A stretch of DNA of 64,000 bases from the NCBI GenBank assembly GCA_030141605.1, contig JAQGDQ010000118.1, positions 124,001 through 188,000 of the forward strand, given 5' to 3'. The position numbers were made by a program, and so were the translations under genes. Of this stretch, positions 53,104 through 64,000 are shown in pieces; position 1 is the stretch's first letter; each line of letters opens with the position of its first letter. The notes beneath the pieces were generated by a model. It was not told the origin of the DNA. It saw only the letters and a program-made list of their open reading frames with translations, and did not search any database. The stretch comes from Tubiluchus corallicola. Taxonomy: Eukaryota; Animalia; Priapulida.

Positions 53104-53170
53104 AGTCTCGATTTGAACCAGGGTCCTTCAGCTTAAAATCCAGACGACTTAGACCACTAAGAAAAGGCCT
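53104..53170 (-). mobile_element. tRNA-derived SINE head / tRNA-like remnant
   Basis: Reverse complement contains tagtggtctaag (A-box-like) and ggttcaaatc (B-box-like). The acceptor stem is not intact. Confidence 0.5.
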
Positions 53171-55912
53171 TTACCAGACTCAAGACAGACCAAAGTTCAT
53201 CCCTTGTAGTTGACCAACCAGATTCAGCGTTTCCAATATTTCATAACCAGTGGTTCCTTAATTTAAGTTATTTATTTAACATCGTAGATCATTTTGAAGG
53301 TCTAAAATTGGGCACTGTTTTCTTTTAAAAGTTTGTATCAAAGATTCACAAAACAATACAGCAAGTTTAAAGAAAGAACAAAACCCAAAGTAAAATATGT
53401 TTTTTGATATTTTTCAAGATACACACTTAGACAGCAAACTATTGAAAGCATGCGAGAGTGAAAGCTGAAGCGTTCAACAAACAAATAAACGCCTCTGTAA
53501 TACCATCCGCGCACACAAAAAACACTCGAGAATTTTTCACGTTTTTTTAATCCAAACATCAACATTACACTTTCCATCTGGGCGATCAGGCGCTTAAAAC
53601 CTCGGAACTGTTTCTGTTTGCCGCTCAAGATAGATTAAGTTAAAGAGGCAATGTTTTTGCACTCTGGTAAATTACTGCAATCGGTTGTCGAAGATCGAAG
53701 GTCAAAACGAAAGACTTGTTTCACTGCAAATACAATTACTTTCACATTACGTGTACAGAGGGAATCGACATTGGAGCTTTGTTTACTAAGTCCTGGATAA
53801 AAGGCGTTTTAATTACACGCGTAACTTGATAAGTGCAGCAGCGTAGAGTTTCAGAGTACCAGGAAATTCTAAACTAATTAGTCTCCATTCTTTTTCTGGC
53901 AATTTTGCAATAATTTACGTTTCAATTCACTGTTGTAGTATTGGCACTAAAAGAAAATATAAAAACAAAAATTCTGTTCTTGTTTTGTTTATTGTTAATG
54001 GTATTCCGTATCATATACTGTGTCTACAAAGGAAAATCCAAAAAATATGTCTTTAACACCTAAAGACGTTTCATGATTTTCAAACGGGGAAACACAGCCT
54101 TTATTATTAACTGGTAACTATGGTAACCGTGCTAAACACAAAAAAGTAGTAGAACAGTTCGAAAATAGAGTGCAAAATACCAAAAAGCTCACATCTGCAT
54201 TTTTTATTGACTTGATTTAATAAACACCTGCTAGGTACACTACTTCAAATGATTCGGGTATTTCATTCTGATACAACAACAAAACGCGCATTCACTCACT
54301 GCTTACAGGAGTCAAAAGACGTGATTAAATCGGTGCAATTAAAATAATTGCCGCAAAAACGATAGACATTCTTTGCTTCACAGCAAAAAGTTGTCGAGTC
54401 TAAAAACACGTGTAAACATTTCCAAGTTAATGCTATGTAAACAGTCAGTTTTTTGCTCGCTGGTAAAGTAATAAACATACGGTAAATTTAAGCCAATAGT
54501 TATTGACACAGTTTCTAAACGCCTATAAATCCAGCAGAGATAAAAATTATAAAAGACAGAAAGCAGAAATTACGCCTAACACGCGCGTATAGGTTTAGGC
54601 TTTTACTATAGGAAAACACGCAAGGAATTCTCGTAAACGGATTTATTATAATCCACATAAACACGTTAAACCGTTTACATGTGGAATATGAGAAACAGCT
54701 AATAAAATACCAACAAACAGTGTAAAAATACATCGGTAACTTGCTATTAGGGACAAACTGACCATTGGTAAACAAAAATTTAATTCTATCCAATTGCAAA
54801 TATTAATTTTAGCAGAAGTAAAATTGTCAGAACAGTCAATGAAAAGGTTAAAATTTTATTGAACGTTTGTAAAAATAATGCCGAAGCGTTCTCATTTGTT
54901 ATTATTCTATTGTGCAAGTGTTCAATAAAATTATGATGTTTTGTGACTGTAGTGGCAATTTCATTTCTGTTAAAAAAGTTAAATCATCGTAAATTTATTA
55001 TACACATTCGTAAACATTATTAATATAAAACGCATTAGAATACTAAAACTTTTACGAATTATATATAGCTGTGAATTTAAAAAAGTTGTATAAAGCACAA
55101 GGACGATAACTTGTGAGAGAGGACAAGGTCCTTTTTTAAGTTTACAAACATCTTTAACTTTTAGCGCCTCTTCAAACCTCGCACAAAAAGCGTTCTTTGA
55201 GTAATCGCGCCTAAAAGATCTTAAAACTAAATGCGCAGAAGCATGGTGCAGTTACAAGAAAATTTTCACACTGTGCCTTTCTGAGTTACACAATTGACGG
55301 CAGACAAAATACTGCATTCACGGCAACTTGTTTGAAAGGCCAGCGGGACCTGATGATTGGCATTCCTGATTATAGATGTGTTATGCCCTCCGGTGCACAG
55401 TGGCAAATTAAATTCCGATAACGGCGCACATCCCTGTACAGAAACTATTGAAACAAGTTGTAATTTCAGCGTTGTCTGAGACTGAGTTGGTGCTTCAGGC
55501 GCTAACAAAACGATTCTCAAGTAGTTGGTCTTACACGCTGCTGTTAATCAGTACATGCAAAAAGACGTTCTGTAGCTCTAAATACGCTGCAAGCCAAATA
55601 AACTGCACAATTTGCAGTTTAGTTAAAGGATGGCAGGATGGTTTTTTATATACTACTACCCCATTTTCAAGTACTGTAAAAAGTGTATATTTTAACACCA
55701 ATAATACTGTAAAAGCGTTTTTGATGATTAAATAATAGATTAAAATCCTAATTAACGTCGGGCGAGTCCAACTATTGTTGACATCACAGACGAACATAAT
55801 TTTCAACAGCAAAAACATTCCATGAGCGTGCTGTACGTGTTTGCGAAAGCGAACAGTGCTACTGTAAGACATTCGGTGTACTGCACCTAAAACTCGGCAA
55901 GTTTCAAGATAA

Positions 55913-56155
55913 AAAATTCAAATATGTGCTGTGCTCACGCATGATCTGTCGAACGTGTGCAGTACACATTACAAAAAAACACAATTTAACTGAGAGGTAC
56001 AGCAACTGTTTTTCGTGCAACACGTTTCCGAAATAGAGGCGATAGTGCCCGTCTAACTAGTGAATGGCGAAATGCATGTAACACCAAAGCATTTTAAAGA
56101 GTAGATTGTTTTGACCTACAGTTTACGATTAGGCACGGTCTCGCTTTAAGATTTT
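55913..56155 (+). repeat. Dispersed repeat, copy B (CpG-richer, lacks an internal block present in copy A)
   Basis: Colinear similarity to 40005-40325. Confidence 0.85.
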
Positions 56156-59100
56156 TGAAGTCACTACAGCCAAGTCGTGTTTTACAACTTTCTCCTGTCG
56201 TTATATTGCCTTTTCCATTTGCCGAAGCCATAAATTTTAGACCTCTCATTTGTTAATATGGTGTCACCAGAAAGTTTCGGAAAACTTTCTAGCTGAATGA
56301 AAGGCTTTTCGTATGCCTTAACGTGACAGTTTTCATATTTTTGCCAATCATCAATACTAGAGTCTTACGTTTTAATCTTTACAAGCACAGCATACTCACG
56401 GGTATAAAAAATGCTAACTATTTACGGCAAAAAATTCTTAATGACAGCCATTCAGGAATCCAACTATTCGTACACGATGCCTATATGTGTACACTGACAT
56501 CTTTTTAAGTGTGTGGCAGCCCCCATACTATGACTAGGGTAAGACTGTGCGGGGGCCATCCCACACATAACGGATTTCGAGGACATATCCACTTTGTGTT
56601 ATAATGGCGTTATCATATGCCTCACCACCTACATAACCATTATACTGATATCGATATCAAACCTATGTAGCTCTTTGTACGTTTTATTCTTCCTCCTCCC
56701 AAGGACAGGCAACAACACCACTTGTGTTAATTAACGGGAAACTACCAGTGGAATCTACTGGCATCGGTGGTGGCAGCTCCAATTCAACGAGTCAGGTAAG
56801 TGAAGACGGATAACAATATTATGACTAAATCACCTACCTAGCTTGCGTTATAATGGCGTTATGACGTCTCCTGCTACCTACCTACCCTAAGCTTGATATC
56901 GTTATATGTGGATGGCCCTAAATGACCATAGAGAGCTGCCGGTAGAGACAGCATATGACTCACACACAAAACCACATCAACACAAACAGCTGGACACGAA
57001 AAGTAAAGCCAAGTCAAGCAGCCGACAAAAATCTTCTATTATTACTGAAGGAAGTGCAGCCGACAAAGTGGAAGAGCAGCGCTTCCCAAAGACCCCAAAT
57101 CGGAGTAATAAATCACTGGATTAGATCGAAATGGATGGTTTATGGGAGAACGTTAATTTCCAAGCACACCAAAACCATCATGAAATTCTGTCAGCAGGCT
57201 ACAGCCTACAGGCAACTTACGAACAGAAACAGAGAAACTGAAAACATGTTATTGTGAAAGATAGCTACAACAGAGAACCTGTATGTAGCATTTTTGGCTT
57301 TTTGATCACTTTATGGGACAGTACACTACATGAGAACCGAAGTTCTCTAGTAACGCTTTTGTGCCTTTATGTTATTGACCTTGTATACAGTATTACGTCC
57401 AAAAATTTTTATTTGTAAAAATTTTCAGACTTTAATTCCGTATTGCCTTTCATGCGTTTATATGATCATCTTGCCTCTAAACATCCCAGTGTTTTTATGA
57501 GTACGATTTGCATCATACTCTGTTATTTCTTAGCCACCATAGAGAACCTGACATCATCTACCTCGCGCAGCATAATTAATAGCCCAGAGGCCAATAGTTT
57601 GCTTATGCGAAGCCCACATCTGCCTCTAAACATAAGCTCTAATTAAGGCAACATTTATCGAGGTTTAATATCTTTACAGGCTAGCACTCAGTCTCGCGGG
57701 TTCTAAATATTTGTTAACGACACTGGCAGGGCTATGATAGCGATAAAATCAATAAGTTAAACATTTCTCATACCACTAAAGTGTGAACCAAAACAGTAAA
57801 ACAAGCAACGCAGATCTATTCCAAATAAAGGTTGGGCATCTCAAATTATATGCTAGGAGATTTAGTCACAGTACGTTGATCATACACAACTTGTATACAA
57901 AATATAATAACATTATACACGTACACGTTACTTTTGACTGCCACCTAGTAGCTACTAATGTTTCGCAAAAGGAAAAATCAGGAACAACAAAAAAAGTTGC
58001 ATTTTCTGTCCGAAGATGGCGAAAGATTGAAAATACACCAACGTCCATGGGTTGTCTGCTAGGCATTAAATACGGCTCAAACGATTATTATATTAAATAA
58101 AGTGACGAATTTACTCCATTATTAGAAAAGAATACTCGTGGCAAATTCTTATCACCTTTGAGACAAGATCCATTTACACTTATCAATGCTTGGAAGAAAC
58201 AAATAGGTTTTTACACTTCTATAAAATACTTAAATCACTCGAGCTTACTCTACACTCATTCATTTGCCGTACCATCATGCTCTCATGCCTGTATCGTCAG
58301 ATTTCAGCTGTATTTCTATTACACTCTCCACTAAAAGCCGTCAAATCTGCGCTTATCCACAAGAGGGTAAACAGACGCCAGGCCTCTCAAGTGCATCCAT
58401 TTCAGCTATGTGCACGTGTAATAGGCATCATTCACTGCAGATTAATATGCTGTAGAGTCCATACATTTACTGTAGTCCATTAAGTGATATCAATACAATG
58501 TCAGCAGCGACCTCCTGTTGTGTTCAATGACGGCCTTTAATTTTTAAACGGCACTAGTCCACTTGATTTATAATAAATGTTCTAGATACTCATTACAACT
58601 CAGCACAAACCCTCTGGCTTGGAAACAAAATTCGTGTACAAAAGCATATACACTATGTACACAATCGAACAACTAACAGCTTCAAAAATTGCTACCTCAG
58701 CGAAGTTCATATTCTACAAGTTACCACACTACCTGCTGCAATCCAGGATAAAAAATGTTTCATGAAGTTATCAGCCTTCCAACTTTCATCACAGATTTAG
58801 CCGTCTAAGAAGTTGCAATAAGCATCAACTTTCCAAGTTTCTTCAGACATTGCGTGATTTGTTTAGGTTTAAACGTATCAGTTATTAAGCCAGATTACTG
58901 AACTATTTTCTGTAACACACAGACCACCGAACAGCTTAACTAGACAGCCGCCTGAACACACTCAGCTGTTAGCTTGTTAATACTCAAATTACTGAGCTAT
59001 AGTTGTGACATTTAGTTAAATGGGTTGACCACACGCAAGGAATACTTTAGCTGGTAGCATCTTATGTGTTTACTGGATGCTTATACGCGCTAGTCGCTAG

Positions 59101-62100
59101 TACGATGCCCACCAACCAGTAAATGACTAGTGAAGCACCACAAACGTTGATTAATCAGTGAAGGAAATGTACGCATTTGCTACAAGCTTGCTGGAGATAA
59201 GATGTAAAAAGGCAATCTAGCTCTGGTAATCAAAATTTGAGCTAAGTAAAGAGTAACTATTATGGTAATAATGGGTCTTGTGATTAGTTCTTAAAGTGAA
59301 TTGAAGTGAATTAGCAATATATTTCAGACATAGTCCATATACAATAACGCAATACAAAAAATGAAACTAGCACACAAATACATAAACTTACATACATGCG
59401 CACTACAGTTAATAAATAAAAGCAGTATCTACACACAGTAAATTCTTCTTAAACTATGTCGTTTACACATTTCATTAGATATACAAGTAACAGAAGAGCA
59501 ACAGTAACAGTGAGCAATCTGTTAACTAGATTATGTCAAAGTTTCTATGCTCAATTTACAACTCGGTTTAGCTACAGTCAGCTTATTCTGGATCAACAGA
59601 GACTGGTTTCAAACATCCTCCTCACTATCGTGACCTTGCAAACGTTTCCCAGTCAAAATGAATGGGTGCAGTTTATACTGTATACATTACATACCCCTAC
59701 TGCCCTGATGATAATCAGTCTAATACTCAAATTGTTTTAGCGTGTGCGAAAGATTTCTGAATGTGAGCGCAAACCACATGAAGTGTCACGACAACCTCTG
59801 GGAATAAAGCTGACAACTAAACGATTCCATGACACAAATTCTCTGCCAACAAACCGCAAACTAATTCCGCACGCAACGGCTAATGTATATTTAATTTCAG
59901 CATGAAAATTTCAGGACGGGCTCCAGGGAATCCTTAAACAGCTATAAAACCTTTAAATGGTCTATATTTTAATGAATAGCCGGCATTTTGTCGTTTAAAT
60001 GCGGCCATTTGGGGTTTTTACGGTGACTTTCAAATTTATCGCTGTAGTTGTCGTGTAGGGGGAAACGCGTAGAATCCCGGATAAAAAGCTTTTCATTGTC
60101 CTTGCTAACAACATAAAACCAGCAGTAAATACACGTAAAAATAACCTTTTATATTTATTCCCATTTACAATTATTGCATTCGCATTTTATATTTATTTCC
60201 ATTTAGTATTTTATATCCACGGTAAAAATTCATATCCATCATAATGTATATGCTCGCATTCAACGGCGCCAGCTGACATCAACATGCGGACTTCCCTTTG
60301 CTAGAGAACTTGACATCTATAGGCATGTATGCAGGCTGTAGCTTCATTAGAGTCAAACTAAATCCTCACTATAATATAAGCTTTTACAACCTAAGATCCT
60401 ACTCTCATTACGAATATTGAATTTATTTTATTATCAACTTTCTGTAAAACTTGTTACTTTTGATTTTTCATCACTTGGTTATTAGCGGTATTAAATTTGA
60501 AGATTTTTCGTCGCGTGAGACGAATGACGTAATGAGTGCAGTCACGAGGTTACCAAAAATCGGTAAACAAGCATCGGTAACCAAAGACGCTTTCTGTACT
60601 ACGTACGTCATTCTCGCTCATTCCGCCAAAGACGCGAAATATAGCGATCTTTACGGCAATATATGCGTTCGAAAGTTATTTAATTTATAAGTTAGTTTTC
60701 TTTGATATTAACTATGAATTATTTGCGTATTCATAATAATGCCTTAAAAACTTTAATGTCTTTCGGAGTTATAAAGGCCTTCTATGAATTTTTTGGACAA
60801 TCTCAAATCACGAATGCTGAGAAACGACAAGAAAAGTGCACAACAGAGTTGTATTACGAGCTGTATTACATAAATAATGTAAGTTAACTAACTACTCACT
60901 TCCAAAAATACATTTCGTCACTCACCCCGCTTTTATAGTATTAATCTATGACGTTTTTGGGCTGGCTTAGTAATGAACCAGCTGATAACATGGGCCACGA
61001 GTAAATGGGTCACTGTTGTAGAAGTAACCCGTGTACACATCTAATAGTACAGTAATACCAAAAATTAATAGTAAGTTGATTAATACTTACTCACTTACTC
61101 ATAATGTAAATTTTTTTACATGTATAGGCAATGGGAAAACTGAAAGTCACGAAACTTCAAGATCACACAGTGATCTTGAAGGTTAACTATCGCACATGTT
61201 AACTCAAGTTTCATAGGCCATAAGGTTTTTGTCAAAACAAATCTAAATATTTATTGTTGACTAATACAACTATATTGATATAATAACATCAAGATGTTCA
61301 ACACAGCTACGACACTTAAATTACATTGAACGCTTAGCTTAATTAATGCGTTTAACAGGAATACTGAACAGGCGTCATGGGACCTCACCTTATTACAGTA
61401 TTACTATTATAAACTGGGTGATGTACAAGAAACCTGTGTGAGGTGAGAAGTTAGTCAGGTTATGTAACATGGCCTCAGGAGAAATGACCATGTCCATATG
61501 CATAAGACAGCATAATGTAGGAGTCAATAAACCGATGTGTAGTGAAACATGAAAGGAGAAAGTTGTTGCTTGAAAATCAATGGAAGACGCAAGTTGGTGA
61601 TAATAACATTACAAAAATATATAATTAGATCATCTGTATTAGCTAACTTGATCCATGTACCAAGCATGCATGTTTTTCCAGATACGTTCTAATGCGTTTT
61701 TCATTCTTAGGTTGTAGTTATACGCTTTTTGAGTACTCACAATGAGCTGTTGCTGACTTGGTTAGAAATAAAATACTTCGGCTTAAATATAGGTTATAGT
61801 ATAAAGGAGTTATAATACAGGATGTCTCAAAAGTCACTATAATGCATACACGTTTGATTTCAAATTTTCTGCCCATTTTTTTGCAAATTTCAACATGCTC
61901 TTACATGAAAAGGGACATCTGGCAATTCTTTTTATTTAATTTTTGACTGCTACGGCGACGACAGTATTGTTGGAAACGAGGTGCAAAATCAGCATGGCAA
62001 AAAGTCCTTCAATTACCAACTGAAGTTCATATAGATCATAGTATTCTCTCACTATTAACACTACAGATTTCCAACAAGGTGTAGCACTTCCTCACCACTT

Positions 62101-64000
62101 ATGGGCTGCAAGAGATTTTTCCAATGCCAGATGCAAGATTTCTAAAGTTCTTGAAGTCCCGAAGAAGGTAACGAAAATAGCAAAGCCTACAAATGAAGTA
62201 CCTTTTTCCAGACTTTTTTACCCCCAGTACAAGTATATATTGTTGCTTACACACTATTTCATAATGAACCACCTCTAATTAAATTAAATATGCGTGCAAC
62301 AAACTAACCATGTTAAATGGTGGCGTTGCGCGCTGCAAGCGGAAGAAAGCGCCTCTGGAGACTAGTCATCGTTGATAGTTATGATAATGAACAAGCTAAA
62401 TGAATAATTTAATACAAGCCCAGGTCCCTTGGCGATAATGAGCATTGTGTAATCGCCACAGTCAACAATCATGATTAAACATTTAGCTGTCTTGTATTAG
62501 TAATGACCGCTGGGGCACGCAATTTCTCACAAATGCTACCGTTGTTCGATAAAATGACGTGCCTCACTAGGGAAATTTTACAACTAAGGACTAGCTAATG
62601 AAAACGCTACAAAGTCACAGTGACTCAATGAAGCAGAAAAGTACCAAAGTTTAGATCTGCTCTGTATGTGCACTAAAAAAATGCCGTTGTACACTGGTTA
62701 GGGTAACAATTTATTTTTGTTGTGTGTGTATTTATTAATGTGCGTTTCAGTCGGTCTAAAGTCTAAACTAAGGATGCAATTGATCCGGAGATAAGTTTGA
62801 GATCCAGTAAAAGTTACCGTCCGCATACGATCCGTGTCCCACAACAACAGTTTGGTATTTATTGGATTTTTGACTATGGGATAAGGTCAAAGGACAGGGT
62901 CACACTAGCTTGGCAGTCCGGTTCTGACAAAGAAAATCCGGATCAAGTCCAAGTCCTGTATTTTTACCACCACTAAGCGGAAAGTTTGACATTTTCATGA
63001 TTTTCCATTAAGTGAATGTTACCGTATTTACACTGTGGTATCATATCGTACTATGCATTAGTTGAAGTTGAAAGCCTCACTTGAATGATGAAAAGGCTAC
63101 TTGTTATTAAGGCCCTTAATTCATTTTTTATTTTTGACGGAATATTTTGGCCTCAAGTCAACGCTTGAGGGTGAGGTCGAATAAGATGATGTAATAAAAA
63201 TTTCAATTTCTGCTTTTTGCCACATTGGGTGCAGTATCTCAGTTTTGAAAAGACTTGCCCTCTAAAAACAGAATTCTGAACACAGCAAATTGCAATGACA
63301 TGGAGATGACATGACATGATCGATGCAACTGGATGAGTGATGACATCTACCACGACGAGTGTGGCAGAGAGGTAAGAGAAAGGCAATCTTGCTAATTGAT
63401 TTTGAAACTTGCCGCTCGTCATTGACGGACAAGGAACTCATATGGCGGTTTTACTTTTACAACACACTGCTTCAGTTTCACATAAACTAAGCCCACTCAA
63501 TGGCCTGTAACTTAATAGTGAAAGAGCAAGCTAAGTTTAAGAACATTAAACTAGGCTGCAGAGTGCAACCCAGTAAAATATTTACCCAATCAGTGGCCAA
63601 GCTGGCTGAAGTGTTTGCAATAACTCAGGACAAAACTCTCTCACAATGTTTGCACACTAATTGAGTGTACTTAAGCTAAATGCACCATCGTGTGTGCTCT
63701 CATGGCCAATGGAGAACCGTTTTAAACAAGTTTAACAGCGCAGCACATACCATGTTTAATGCCAGGGCCTTAGACCTAAAATGTGCAAGTACATATCAAA
63801 TCAATAAATAACACCGTTGACATTGTGGGGTAAAGCCAAATTTCAGATTGTAATGAAAAACCTTCTAAGGTTTTGACAGGAAAACTTACGAAGTGTAATA
63901 CATGAAAAGCTCACAAGATTGACAGACGCACTATTTCTCTGGCCGTGCCAGGAGCCGGACAAAGCTAAACCATAAACTAAAAGAAAAGCAACGACATCTA

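Larger units (their letters stand above)
47943..64000 (-). other. Large intron (>16 kb) of the AUTS2-family gene; upstream exons lie outside the window
   Basis: Exon 47942-47882 (VSDESSDLF, resembling AUTS2 ASDASSEKLF) starts after a splice acceptor and has no ATG. No convincing coding exon was recognised further right. Confidence 0.6.

Noticed and set aside
53104-53170. Functional tRNA gene
   Set aside because: A/B-box-like motifs only; the stems do not pair, so it is treated as a SINE remnant. Similar remnants occur near 1-75, 12130-12200, 14485-14535, 20065-20125 and 41290-41315.
61816-61835. TA-CAGGATGTCTCAAAA Tc1/mariner-like terminus
   Set aside because: No matching opposite TIR was located.
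48000-64000. Numerous 60-113 aa ORFs in the ORF track
   Set aside because: No recognisable domains or consistent exon structure; expected by chance in intronic DNA.

Overview
AT-rich, intron-containing genomic DNA from an invertebrate animal (non-insect, non-nematode is inferred because it has a P2X gene). I assembled five protein-coding genes by hand from GT-AG splice sites and frame continuity. On the minus strand: a P2X ATP-gated ion channel (6 coding exons, runs off the left edge), an intronless rhodopsin-family peptide GPCR, a 4-exon CyaB-like CYTH-domain protein, and an AUTS2/FBRSL1/Tay-family gene (13 exons seen; the 5' part lies beyond a >16 kb intron at the right edge). On the plus strand: a Suv4-20/KMT5B H4K20 methyltransferase (7 exons). 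Repeats include an RTE LINE fragment, CR1/L2-like fragments, tRNA-SINE heads, TIR elements and minisatellites. The most notable observations are: (1) the AUTS2/FBRSL1-to-P2X order and orientation matches what I recall of vertebrate FBRSL1-P2RX2; (2) a candidate short Suv4-20 isoform with its own terminal exon; (3) a decayed copy of Suv4-20 exon 2 inside a putative MITE; (4) signs of CpG decay suggesting mosaic methylation; (5) a same-strand CYTH-GPCR-P2X cluster. All gene models are manual and not confirmed by transcripts or database searches.
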